Shown: positions 1-11,863 of the stretch, one piece after another
Layout: every line of letters begins with the position of its first letter
How positions within the stretch are numbered: the first letter of the stretch is position 1
Assembly: GCA_950097015.1 (NCBI GenBank)
Contig: CATNEN010000025.1
Location: forward strand, 7,006,001 to 7,070,000
Length of the DNA stretch: 64,000 nucleotides
Source: Macrostomum hystrix
Taxonomy: Eukaryota; Animalia; Platyhelminthes
Direction of reading: 5' to 3'
Program-made: the position numbers and the translations under genes
Notes under the pieces: model-generated
Seen by the model: only the letters and a program-made list of their open reading frames with translations
Databases searched by the model: none
What the model was told of the DNA's origin: nothing

Positions 1-206
1 TAATCCGCCATAAATTCACTAATCCGCAAAAATCACCACTAATCCGCCTTAAAATCACTAATCGGCCAATATACTCACAAATTATGCTACTGTTTACTAA
101 CACCACAGATTTACTAGTCCTTTATTAGTTTAATAATCCCCTGATAATTCACAAATTCTCCATCGATTCACTAACTCATCGATTAACTCTCAGCTATCGC
201 TCTCAC

Positions 207-707
207 CAATTAGAGTGCGCAGCAGTTTAGTCTGGCATGCGAACCGCACCAGACCGGAAGCTGGTTGACGACCAAGAGACTCTTCAACAGCTTCCAGGGC
301 GCCGATGTAAACCGCATTCGAGTGTGACTTATCTGTCGAGGGGGCAGCGGTAATGTCCATTATTTATATAGAATGATAGCTTTGAACTTCAAACAGAGCG
401 GTCGGGAGTTCGAATCGCAGCCCAATGGAATCGATGTGTTCTTGAGCAAGATTTGCTTGAGCTCACCCAGTTGTAAAATGGGCTACCAGCATGAGCTGGG
501 GTAGATATATAGGTGGGTGTAGCGGCCATTCCAGTCCGTGGACTGAACATACAGCTTACCGTGGCTCTAATCACCCACCTTGAGATTAAAAAATAACTCA
601 CCACTGTTAATTGAGTGTTTCAAAATGGCTTCAGACAGCTCCTCAACAGAGGCTACATCAGCAAATTGATCAGGCACAGATGGCTTGCTAGACGAGGCGC
701 GAGACAT
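207..707 (-). CDS. 5' part of an unidentified multi-exon gene (continues off the left edge); exons 707-602 and 332-207
   Basis: ATG at 707. Exon 1 MSRASSSKPSVPDQFADVASVEELSEAILKHSINS ends at G|GTGAGT (phase 1). Acceptor CCCCCTCGACAG|AT at 332 continues in frame (DKSHSNAVYIGALEAVEESLGRQPASGLVRFACQTKLLRTLI) to G|GTGAGA at 207. Splice phases match and there are no stops. No family recognised. Confidence 0.65.
372..592 (+). mobile_element. tRNA-derived SINE copy in intron 1 of the left-edge gene
   Basis: B-box-like GGGAGTTCGAATC, CORE/Meta-like GTGTTCTTGAGCAAG...CACCCAGTTGTAAAATGGG, CAGTCCGTGGACTG at 532-545 and an A-rich end. Similar to the copy at 61.4-61.7 kb. Confidence 0.65.
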
Positions 708-1045
708 TTGGTCAAGACTAATTAGCAGTTTACTTAGTACACTACTGAAAAGTAGAGTGAGGAGATAACGGTTCCAGAAAATAAATTTAAAAAAAATCTA
801 AAGCTCCAACTCCTTGATTCTAGAGGTAAAACGTTATTTCAAGAATTAAATTGAAACAAATACTAATAAGGAACCATTATTTTGATAATAAAATTCTAGT
901 GCAATTTTTATTTTTGCGCTGCGAAAAATTAAAATTTTTGTTCATAAAAATATGTACAGTGACTAGGCTATGTAAAAACATAATACCATAATGTACTTTT
1001 AACTGAATAAGCTTGTCATAGATGTAAGAATCGCAAAACAACAAT

Positions 1046-4000
1046 CTACAAGTCGCGCATATTGCTATTACTACTACTAAAAGTAGCATAGTCGGCATCG
1101 GCGGCAGGATTTCGCCGTCTAGCCGATTCAGCAGACGGGCCATTGTTATTGTTGCGATGATTTCTAGCCGAAGCGGAGAACCCATAGACACGATCTCGGC
1201 CGAGTCGCTCTAGTGGCAGCAAAGTCTCGCGCCAGTTCTGACGCCAGCCGCGACTGAAGCCGCCACCGACGCTGCCCGCATCGAAGCCGATATTGCCGCC
1301 TAGACGAAAAAGGCGTTGTCGTTCAGCCTGCAGGTGAGCCAGTTTTCGACGCTCATATCCAGTCTGATTGATAGTTGCCAGGTAGAGATGATAGCCAGTG
1401 TAGGTGATTAGCGGCAGGACTACCACGGCAGGGCCAAGGGCAAGCAGAACAAGCCGAGGATAGGACACGAACAGATGCTGTCGGAGGCGGGGGAATGAAA
1501 ACAGTGCGAATGTGCATTATTTTGTCACGCCGATCGAGAGATAATCAGGAAGACAATTTACACTGATTGGCCAGGCTGTTTGAGGGATAGACAGCGAGCC
1601 AATGTTCACTGATTGTCTATTCAAGCTGAGAGATCAGACATGAAGGCATTGGTTATTTAGGCTGATGCAGGGAGACGCTGTAGATTGGCTAGTCAGGATG
1701 AGGGATAGGCAGGGAGACGATGTACGCTGGCTAGTCAGGCTGAGGGATAGGCAGGGAGACGATGTACGCTGGCTAGTCAGGCTGAGGGATAGGCAGGGAG
1801 ACGATGTACGCTCGCTAGTCAGGCTGAGAGATAGGCAGGGAGACGATGTACGCTCGCTAGTCAGGCTGAGGGATAGGCAGGGAGACGATGTACGCTGGCT
1901 AGTCAGGAGGAGGGATAGGCAGGGAGACGATGTACATTGGCTAGTCAGGCTGAGGGATAGGCAAGGAGACGATGTACGCTGGCTAGTCAGGCTGAGGGAT
2001 AGGCAGGGAGACGATGTACATTGGCTAGTCAGGCTGAGGGATAGGCAGGGAGACGATGTACGCTGGCTAGTCAGGATGAGGGATAGGCAGGGAGACGATG
2101 TACATTGGCTAGTCAGGCTGAGGGATAGGCAGGGAGACGATGTACGCTGGCTAGTCAGGCTGAGGGATAGGCAGGGAGACGATGTACATTGGCTAGTCAG
2201 GCTGAGGGATAGGCAGGGAGACGATGTACGCTCGCTAGTCAGGCTGAGGGATAGGCAGGGAGACGATGTACGCTCGCTAGTCAGGCTGAGGGATAGGCAG
2301 GGAGACGATGTACGCTGGCTAGTCAGGCTGAGGGATAGGCAGGGAGACGCTGTAGATTGGCTAGTCAGGCAGAGGGATATGCAGGGAGACGATGTACGCT
2401 GGCTAGTCAGGCTGAGGGATATGCAGGGAGACGATGTACGCTAGCTAGTCAGGCTGAGGGATATGCAGGGAGACGATGTACATTGGCTAGTCAGGCTGAG
2501 GGATAGGCAGGGAGACGATGTACGCTGGCTAGTCAGGCTGAGGGATAGGCAGGGAGACGCTGTAGATTGGCTAGTCAGGCAGAGGGATATGCAGGGAGAC
2601 GATGTACATTGACTGCTTAAATTTCAAGTGCTGAGTTGGGCTAGAGAGTAATTTTAGAAATTTACCTGCACAAGCACACGCAAGTTCATTGGCTGCTGCT
2701 GATTTTCAGAATCAAGCCACACGGCATCCCACATTCGGTGGGCCGATATCACATAGTTCAATGCTTCAACAGCCAGCCAGGAGGCGTCGATACAAACGCA
2801 GCAGATTGAGACAAGGAAGCCAAGGAAATAGCGCAGATTTAGGCCACCAATGCAACTGTTGGTCCAAACGCAGTGATGGTCGTAGCGATGCACGCAGACG
2901 TCGCAAATTTCTTAACAATTTATCACGGAAAGTATGCAATCTTATAATAGGATAATGATAATATATGAACGACTCGTGGAAAGTATAAACTCCAGATAGT
3001 CCTGAATACACTGAAGGACAGGGTTGTATAATTCTGAAGACAAATCTAGAGCAGGAAATGATGCTACGCATAACCTAAACGAAGTAAAAAATAAAATAAA
3101 AAAGTAAAGCATTTCTCGCTACTATGAGTAGACCTATGAACAAGACCTAAAGGTCAAATATTTAAGTAAGAAATGTCTTCTAAGAAATAAAAAAAACTAA
3201 CAAAATTCACATCGCCCTACCGCAGTGCCTGGAGCGGGCGGGCCGTACAAAGCCGCAGGTGCGACATCTGCTGTCGTCGCGAAACAGTACGCCGTCATGT
3301 CCATAGACCGAATTGTATTTGTATAGAGTGCGCTCAGTAATCTCGCCTGTAATTGATGTGTACACTAATAACTTACTGTCAGCTGAGTGTGACATTCCTG
3401 TCCACAGGTGAATCACGATTCAGGTCTATGTGTAAACTAGTGGAACTGGCTACCGAACGCTTCGTATTTGAAGACAATTGAGCCTATATCGATTCGCTAT
3501 CAATTTACCTGGATCGGATAAGCACGCGCAAGCGTAGAAGCACAAACAGGCGAACAATAGCAGCAGCGGTAGGAACACGTGATTAGAATCGTAATCCCAG
3601 TGATACAGAATCGGTATAGCGTCATGCAGCATGATGAAATGACCCAAGCCCAGTAGGCCAATTAGTAAACACTGGAAAGCTGTGTTCCTGCGATAGAGAA
3701 GCACCTCGACAGTTTCAGCTGCGGCTCGACGAATGGCGATCGGGCACAGGCGGACTGTGGACTGGCGGGTTGAGAAACATGTGCACAGTGGCTGAGTGAG
3801 TTGATGGACAAGTGGCTGAGTGAGTTGATGGACAAGTGGCTGAGTGAGTTGATGGACAAGTGGCTGAGTGAGTTGATGGACAAGTGGCTGAGTGAGTTGA
3901 AGGACAAGTGGCTGAGTGAGTTGATGGACAAGTGGCTGAGTGAGTTGAAGGACAAGTGGCTGAGTGAGTTGATGGACAAGTGGCTGAGTGAGTTGAAGGA

Positions 4001-5453
4001 CAAGTGGCTGAGTGAGTTGATGGACAAGTGGCTGAGTGAGTTGATGGAAAAGTGGCTGAGTGAGTTGAAGGACAAGTGGCTGAGTGAGTTGATGGACAAG
4101 TGGCTGAGTGAGTTGAAGGACAAGTGGCTGAGTGAGTTGAAGGACAAGTGGCTGAGTGAGTTGATGGACAAGTGGCTGAGTGAGTTGATGGACAAGTGGC
4201 TGAGTGAGTTGAAGGACAAGTGGCTGAGTGAGTTGATGGACAAGTGGCTGAGTGAGTTGAAGGACAAGTGGCTGAGTGAGTTGATGGACAAGTGGCTGAG
4301 TGAGCTGATGGACAAGTGGCTGAGTGAGTTTATGGACAAGTGGCTGAGTGAGTTGATGGACAAGTGGCTGAGTGAGTTGATGGACAAGTGGCTGAGTGAG
4401 TTGAAGGACAAGTGGCTGAGTGAGTTGATGGACAAGTGGCTGAGTGAGCTGATGGACAAGTGGCTGAGTGAGTTGAAGGACAAGTGGCTGAGTGAGCTGA
4501 TGGACAAGTGGCTGAGTGAGTTGATGGACAAGTGGCTGAGTGAGTTGATGGACAAGTGGCTGAGTGAGTTGATGGACAAGTGGCTGAGTGAGTTGATGGA
4601 CAAGTGGCTGAGTGAGTTTATGGACAAGTGGCTGAGTAAGTTGATGGACAAGTGGCTGAGTGAGTTGATGGACAAGTGGCTGAGTGAGTTGATGGACAAG
4701 TGGCTGAGTGAGTTGAAGGACAAGTGGCTGAGTGAGTTGATGGACAAGTGGCTGAGTGAGTTGATGGACAAGTGGCTGAGTGAGTTGATGGACAAGAGGC
4801 TGAGTGAGTTGATGGACAAGTGGCTGAGTGAGTTGATGGACAAGTGGCTGAGTGAGTTGATGGACAAGTGGCTGAGTGAGTTGATGGACAAGTGGCTGAG
4901 TGAGTTGATGGACAAGTGGCTGAGTGAGTTGAAGGACAAGAGGCTGAGTGAGTTGATGGACAAGTGGCTGAGTGAGTTGATGGACAAGAGGCTGAGTGAG
5001 TTGATGGACAAGTGGCTGAGTGAGTTGATGGACAAGAGGCTGAGTGAGTTGATGGACAAGTGGCTGAGTGAGTTGATGGACAAGTGGCTGAGTGAGTTGA
5101 TGGACAAGTGGCTGAGTGAGTTGATGGACAAGTGGCTGAGTGAGTTGATGGACAAGTGGCTGAGTGAGTTGAAGGACAAGAGGCTGAGTGAGTTGATGGA
5201 CAAGTGGCTGAGTGAGTTGATGGACAAGAGGCTGAGTGAGTTGATGGACAAGTGGCTGAGTGAGTTGATGGACAAGTGGCTGATGAGTTGATAAGCAGAA
5301 TGCACAAGCGTGAAGCCATACCTTGTAGCAGCGAATTAGGTAGTGTTTCAGAGGCGAATTTCTCAACAGTTTAGTGTCGGACAGAAAATAGAGAGTCAGG
5401 ACAGCGGCGCAGATCACTAAGTAGGCAATCGTTAGTGGCAATAAGTCCAGCAT
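1046..5453 (-). CDS. ZDHHC4: DHHC palmitoyltransferase, ZDHHC4/SWF1-like, ~395 aa; exons 5453-5322, 3761-3509, 3346-3221, 2910-2666, 1477-1046
   Basis: All four introns are GT-AG with matching phases. The spliced product has [48 protein letters not shown] (DHHC-CRD), TM helices and an NQTGYER (TTxE-like) motif. The subfamily label is from recall. Confidence 0.88.
1665..2610. repeat. 42-bp minisatellite (~22 copies) in ZDHHC4 intron 4
   Basis: Unit AGGGATAGGCAGGGAGACGATGTACGCTGGCTAGTCAGGCTG. Confidence 0.95.
3788..5283. repeat. 24-bp minisatellite (~62 copies) filling ZDHHC4 intron 1
   Basis: Unit GACAAGTGGCTGAGTGAGTTGATG. Confidence 0.97.
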
Positions 5454-5713
5454 GATTGGCTAATTGAAGTCTATGTTTTAGTTCGTTGTGACAAAAGTAC
5501 TGAAATTTAAATAACAGATTTGTAATAGGCCTCTTGAACGACCAAATAAGATTTTCTAACAAAACATGAAAATATGAAATCAAATACGACAATAAAAAAC
5601 GGTGTTTATTAAAATTCAGTAGGTCACTAAAGATTGAATGCTATTCTATTTGTTGCACCACACGCTTGTACAAGAACAATAACCAATTACATTTTTGCAG
5701 TAGACTAGGCCCA

Positions 5714-6193
5714 CTACAAATCCCTAGTACCAGTTCGCATTGCCTCTGGTTCTAGGCCATCTTGTTTAGTGTCTGACAATTCGTTGCCGTCCCTAGCGAC
5801 AGCATCAGCGGTCACCAGCCGAGAGGCTTTAGTAGGCGGCAGGCCCAATTCCGGTTTCAGAGGCTCAATAGCCAGCTTGCGCTTGGATGCGGGATTCTGA
5901 TAGGCGCCAAGACCGCCAGCAGCTTCAGCCTCAGACTGTGTGTAGGCTGCCTCCCCCAGTTCTTTTAGTCGCCGTTTGTGCGGCTTGCCTCTCCGGTGCT
6001 CTAGCAGGGCCTGGCGATCTGTCATGTGCCTGGCGCAGGCCACACAATAATACTGACCGGCGCCTGGCAGATCGTCGTCTGGCTGACGATATAATAGGTC
6101 GCGAGTTCGCATTGGCGAAGCTAAATCAGCGGAGACCTGGTCTAGATCGGCGGCCGGTCGGTTCTTTGTCTTTAGGTGCGACTTTCTCGGCAT
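5714..6193 (-). CDS. ZNF593: Zinc finger protein 593 / Bud20 (60S biogenesis factor), intronless, ~159 aa
   Basis: DLDQV...DDDLPGAGQYYCVACARHMTDRQALLEHRRGKPHKRRLKEL...YTQSEAEAAGG. The first ATG is at 6193; the ORF track began at a TTG. Confidence 0.93.
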   Translation of the reverse strand: MPRKSHLKTKNRPAADLDQVSADLASPMRTRDLLYRQPDDDLPGAGQYYCVACARHMTDRQALLEHRRGKPHKRRLKELGEAAYTQSEAEAAGGLGAYQNPASKRKLAIEPLKPELGLPPTKASRLVTADAVARDGNELSDTKQDGLEPEAMRTGTRDL

Positions 6194-6279
6194 TTTGTAA
6201 CTAATCGCTGGTCTCAATTACTGAAATTATGAAAAAGCCGATTTATAATATATAATTTATGCAAAAAACCAAGCACGCG

Positions 6280-6372
6280 GCCAGTGGCAATGCCATTTTC
6301 AGTCCATGAACTGGGTGGTTACCACAACCACCTAAATTTCTACAATGCAGCTAATGCTGGTGCCCATATTAC
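6280..6372 (-). mobile_element. SINE fragment (same family as 372-592 and 61420-61730)
   Basis: Minus strand ATGGGCACCAGCATTAGCTG...GGTGGTTGTGGTAACCACCCAGTTCATGGACTGAA aligns by eye to the SINE body. Confidence 0.55.
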
Positions 6373-7344
6373 AAAAAGGCAAGCATGAAAATAAATTACC
6401 TTCGTCAAGAAGGCTATTGGGTGGAGATTTGAAGTTTATACCTGAGGTTTCTGTATGCTGAGACTATAAGGCCTTTCTTCTTGTCAGGCGCGTATGCCAG
6501 TTTAGCCTTTGTTATCTGTTTTGATTTGATTTGATTCCGATGCGCGTTGATTGTCCGTGCCGCCCTGTCTGGCCCTCGCCTCGGGCTGCCCTTCCCCCCA
6601 GCTGCGCCGTGATTGGCCATTGGGTGGCTGGCTTGGTTGGGGTGGTGGGACGGGGAGGTCATGGGGTGGGTTTAGGTGCCCACCACGGCCTCAGTTGAGC
6701 CGTGGCATTCTAAATTCGCGGTTCTGGGGGTGGCTGGCACGCCGCCTTTTTTGATTGACAACAACGAGGGCCCCTAAAAACGGCGCAAATACATTATCAC
6801 TGCGAAGACCCGTGCAACCTATCCACACTTGACCAGCAAGATTGCCAGCAAGACACGCTAGGCGAAACCGAGACTCAGTCTCAAATTAAGTAAGCCGCCG
6901 TATTGACTCATTTATTTCGGGTGCGGTAGCGGGGACCGTAAAAGGAAACGGAGAGCGCCGAAGTGAATTTGATGAGGGCGAGCGCGGAAGCGATGCAGAA
7001 GCGGGTGTCCACAATGATGCGAAGACACTTTCTATTCCTGCTAGTATTCCTCCCAAACATAAAGATGACGTCGAAGCAGCTGTTTCTGCCTTTCTCGCGG
7101 ACGAGGATGTTAGTCTGAATTCTACTTAGCCTTCGAATGAAGATTTCTGTCCAATTTTGTGATTGGGGCTTATTTAATACGATTTTTTATAAGTGGTATG
7201 CATGTTCACGCCTAAATCAACACTATTGACATTTTTCTTTAGAAATGTTTCTGCTCCAAGCGTTTTGTACTTTGAGTACCTCAAAGTAGGAGGGGCGTCC
7301 TACTGTCCTACTTTAAGTGGGTCAAGGGCCTCGGTAAGCTTCCA

Positions 7345-7585
7345 GTGCAATTCTAACTCTACCAGCAACTGACAGTGCAAGGCCAACTCTACCAGCAACT
7401 GACAGTGCAATCCCAACTCTACCAGCAACTGACAGTGCAAGTCCAACTCTACAGCAACTTACAGTACAAGCAACTGACAGCAAACAGCAACTGACAGTGC
7501 AAGTACAACTCTACCAGCAACTGACAGTGCAAGTACAACTCTACCAGCAACTGACAGTGCAAGTTCATCAATACCATCAATGGAC
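7345..7585. repeat. 30-bp minisatellite (~8 copies)
   Basis: Unit CAACTCTACCAGCAACTGACAGTGCAAGT(C/A). Confidence 0.9.
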
Positions 7586-9459
7586 AGTGCAACTGATTGA
7601 TAAAATAAACCCAAAACCCTGTGGCCGACATGGGCAACAGAGGTCATGGATGGTAAACATTCTACCTTATTGCATTGTAATTGTGGTTTTTTTCCTCATT
7701 TATTGGGCTTGCAACTTTTGAAAATTCCTTTAAGAGTAATTTCTGTAAGGAGCTGAGGGAGCTACTAGATGTATTCATGAATGAGAGCATGGCCAAGTTC
7801 CTACACTGTCCTTTTAAGTCCACTAGACAACTGCCAAGTTGTGCTATTGTATACAATAAGAACACCCCTAGCCTTGACAATTGGCATGTTAGTGTGCATT
7901 GTTGTGGCATTGCCATGTCTGAGTCAATTCAACAACTTAACTTTGTTTACATTTTTTAATATTTGTGCAAAAAGGAAGCCATTAAAATATTGTAGCAAAA
8001 TAATTTTCTTAATCATTGCTTCTTACATGTACTTCTAATTTGTATTGTTTGTTAAAACATATGATTATTAGATTCTTTATTTTCCGAATGTGTTCAAGAT
8101 TAGAATGTTACATTCTGCCATTATTCTGGTACTACTAAAATCCTACAATAAATGTCCTTAATATCTTAGTAATATCTTAATACCTATCTAAATCTTAGTA
8201 ACACCAGCTACTTCATCAAGAATCATAATAAAGATGTTGATGATCTTGATATTAATAAATTTAGTAGTGAAATTGGTGAGAATGAGTCTGATTCACATAA
8301 AATGGGACTCAGAAATTTAAGTTGGTGCCTGTCTATCTATGGATGGACTTTTCTGGGTTTTAACTTTCCACAGTTGTAGTGCCTTGATATGCATACATTT
8401 GTTGCTGGAATACATTCTGAGATTTGTTTGAGACATTCAGGTGTGCACTTAGCATGATCTGCACTGTGGGGGCATGCAACTTAAACAGGTATAAAAACAT
8501 TTCCCACATGCCATAGTCTAGAAGGTGGCCTATAAGCCAAATCCCTCATAAAAGAACTAACTTAACAACCACTACAATGCCTATTAATATTAAGTTTAAA
8601 TGACCAGATAGCACTAACACAATAGCCACATAAAGAATAGGCTATATTTATATATACGTATAATTACTATGTCTTTATGATAATGATGAACAATTGCTCC
8701 TAGTTCAAACAAAAAACCCACTGAACAATTTGTGAAATATATTAAAGTAAATATGCCACTAATAGGCTATACCCTATTAAAATAAACTGGCTTTCAGAAC
8801 ATTTTTGCAGAGAATTGTATGGCTTTAAAGTGTAAATAAGCATAAATTTTTGGGCAATTCTAAAAATCATTTGTTAAACAGCTTTTCTGAAAAGTTTCAT
8901 TTCAAATTGATGCAATGACTTAGCATTTCGATTGTTAAGGTTGCTTTTTTGCACTTAACAAACTGGGGCTGCTTCTGGCAATCTGGGGTTCTGAGGAACT
9001 TGTCTGTGGCAAATTTTTAGTGCAGTTGGGTGATAAAAGCAAAATGGTTGACATGCTTAGGAATGTCTATGGCCAAAAGGGATGAGCTAGTTAGTGAGGA
9101 GAGAAGTATTAGCATATCTGCATTCTACTAACATGCTCTGATAATCTTCTACCATTAACTAAGACACACTTAATGTCGAATAACACTAGGCCTATGCCAG
9201 GAGGCAGCACTGTCATTTATTGTGGATCCAACTCTTATTATAACCCCTACTGAATTTTAACACTAGATCTTGCAGAATTTGGATAAGACATTTGACACTC
9301 ATCATATCATTGTTTCCAATTGTTTTATTGATTCCCATTGTTTCAAAATGAATTCCAAATGTTTTTGCTTTGAAATGAATTTGTTCAGAAAAACTGTTTA
9401 ACAAATGATTCGAAAAGAAAGCCAATTTTTGCTTATTGGGTGTATATATATAAATATAT

Positions 9460-10074
9460 GTTAGCAACATTTTACCGCGCGGTAAAAACCGCTAACTTTA
9501 CTGCATAGTAATGGCGGTCCCAGGTCATTTCGGTGACAAGACATTTCGGTGACAGTCATTTCGGTGACACAATTGGTCATTTTGGTGACAACTATTTTTT
9601 CACCTAAATTTTTGCTGAGAAAACAGCCTTCCACGATCTAGCAGCTGCTTAAAGCCTCACTCGCCTTGTCAATCCAAAACTTGAAAAATGATTATTATAC
9701 ACATTTAATTAGGAACGAATAGGGGCCTAACTATTGAAACTATTGACTACTCATTAAATAATTTAATAATTTAACTCATTTAAAGTAAAACCCAGACTTA
9801 AAAAGAGCAATGCAGCTTCTTATTAATACTTTTAGCATTATTTAATTTATATTTTATATGTGTGCATATGCCTAGTTAAAATGGAAGGCTGTTTTTTTAG
9901 CATAGGCCTATTTAGGTGCAAAAATAGTTGTCACCAATCTGACCAATTGTGTCACAGAAATGACTGTCACCGAAATGTCTTGTCACCGAAATGACCTGGG
10001 ACCGTAATGGCAACACAACACATTACCCTGCAGTGAGGTTAGCAGTTTTTACAGTGTAGTAAAATGTCGCTAAC
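9460..10074. mobile_element. Older ~120-bp palindromic MITE-like element, split by the 9516-10003 insertion
   Basis: 9460-9513 GTTAGCAACATTTTACCGCGCGGTAAAAACCGCTAACTTTACTGCATAGTAATG is an imperfect inverted repeat of 10021-10074. Flanks are TA-rich. Confidence 0.7.
9516..10003. mobile_element. MITE, 488 bp, ~120-bp terminal inverted repeats, 8-bp TSD GTAATGGC
   Basis: Ends GGTCCCAGGTCATTTCGGTGACAAGAC... and ...GTCTTGTCACCGAAATGACCTGGGACC, with subterminal CATTTCGGTGAC repeats. Direct repeat GTAATGGC at 9508-9515 and 10004-10011. An alternative reading is CGGTCC ends with a 6-bp TSD. Confidence 0.9.
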
Positions 10075-11570
10075 GTATAAATATTGTAATTATTAAATAT
10101 TATAGCCTGACACTTTTCTCCTTAGGCCCATTCCTAATTATTGGCCTAATAATGGATATTTAGAGACAGTTATTATTATTATTTGTAATTGCAGCCTTAA
10201 CATGTGTGGCTGTTGTGAATTGTGTTTTTTGTCAAGTGGCTGCTTTGGCATGTGGCTCCTGAATCCTAATTCTTTAAATGGTCATGGATTTAATTCTTTA
10301 ACAGTCAATTATTGGCAAAAAGTAATTAAAAACTGAAATAAGCCTATATAAATACATAGATAAAAAATATTATACAAAACAACAATCCCGAACCACGAGG
10401 CATAGTTAATATTAGTATGGATGAATATAATTTGCCAGTATCAAAAGCAAGCCATACTTTTTCTAAAGCATAGAGTAATCATAGCAAAAGGGCTTTTATT
10501 ATCAAGACAATAACATGCCTGCATTTAGCATGTAGCAGCAGCAGGAGGCGACTGGTCTTGATAAAATAAATGACGACAATTTGGCTGTCATTCATGAAAT
10601 CTAATCAAAATCTAATGAAATTCATGCCAACGACGGTGCCTTTCAAGCAAACTCTAGCAGGCTACGGAGTGGAACGGAACGAGGCTATCTCTATGGACTA
10701 TGGCCACCTAGAACGTCTGACTCCGAGAGTGGATTCATCAGACCATTGAATTAATATGCTGTTTCACGATCGGGACATTTGAATTCACGCTAAAATACCC
10801 TCGTTAGACGGAAAACGTCAAAATTACAAACAATTGAAAAAATAATTCAAACATTACCCTTACTGGTGGTCAATAAGGAAGGTGAGTGGCCACCCACGCA
10901 CTGGTGCTTTTTACTCTTTCTACACAGTGGTCCTTAGAAAAAAGGTCAGTGCATGAGTACAAAATTTAAGTGGACAAAATACTAGATTAAAACATTTTTT
11001 AATGATAGGTTTGAAGAATTTCCTTTCGACAAAAGACAAAATGACGAAAGAAGAGCATTTTTAGTAGCCACTTTCATGTTCCTTGCATCGTTTCATCTTC
11101 TGACCAAAAGTAAGCAGACCAGATCAAATAATGGCACATCCGTCATGAAGTCTCAGTTCTATGTACGCTCGTAAGTGAGTGTCCGCTAATCAGTTATTTA
11201 CGCTATTTACATTTTTGTGCAAGAGAACGTGGGAGACAGAACAGCCAAATACAAGGCGCAACAAAAAATAAAGTCTGATCAGTCCGCACTCAATCGCGCT
11301 TTTCTGCTTAGCTGTATGGCGTTCAACGGCCACTTCTGTGAGCCCCGTTTAAGCGGTTTAGAGGAGACTTAAATTAATGATCTTTGAATTATAAGTCCCT
11401 GGCATACCCCGCACAACCGCCTTGCTCGTAGCGAAACTCACTGGGGGATACACACAAGCTGGTGCCCCTATCGAACGGATAGCGAGCTGCTTCTTCTTTA
11501 CTCGTAGTAATTGTTATCTGACGGACAAAATCAGCAAATAAGTTCATTCTTCAGTTAGCTGCGCTTGAGC

Positions 11571-11863
11571 AGTAACAATCCGACATCAGCCGGCTTTCCC
11601 AGCGAAGTTTAACGACGTCCAGCGACGTAGATATTGGGCAAATTCGGAATTTATACCATTAGGCCGACGAAGTCTGACAAAACGAAAAAAAGCTACGCGA
11701 AAACATTCAATACTCAGAAAAAACTATAAAAAACGTATATAAAGACTCAGAATCAGCCTAAAACGTCAAACTTCAGCCGAGAACGTCTTCTGGACGCATA
11801 ATTTTCTACTTTCCATCGACGTCGCTTAACGCGGTAAGTCTGCCGACGTCGGATTGTTGAACT
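11571..11863. mobile_element. Possible decayed MITE
   Basis: CAGTAACAATCCGACATCAGCCGGC at the left is an imperfect inverse of GTCTGCCGACGTCGGATTGTTGAACTG at the right. No clear TSD. Confidence 0.35.

Noticed and set aside
6799-6809. ACTGCGAAGAC resembles my unverified recollection of part of a Macrostomum spliced-leader exon
   Set aside because: Only 11 nt match, with no following AUG|GU donor or Sm site. A match this short is expected by chance.
6545-7340. Possible hAT-type element or transposase N-terminus (KRKRR motif, hairpin CCACGGC/GCCGTGG at ~6680-6705, Met-less frame at ~6890-7130)
   Set aside because: I could not establish matching TIRs, a TSD or a catalytic domain.
7345-7585. AUUGCACUG motifs on the minus strand resembling the U1A-binding loop
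   Set aside because: Only about two units have the exact motif, there is no flanking stem, and the site is far from the U1A-like gene.
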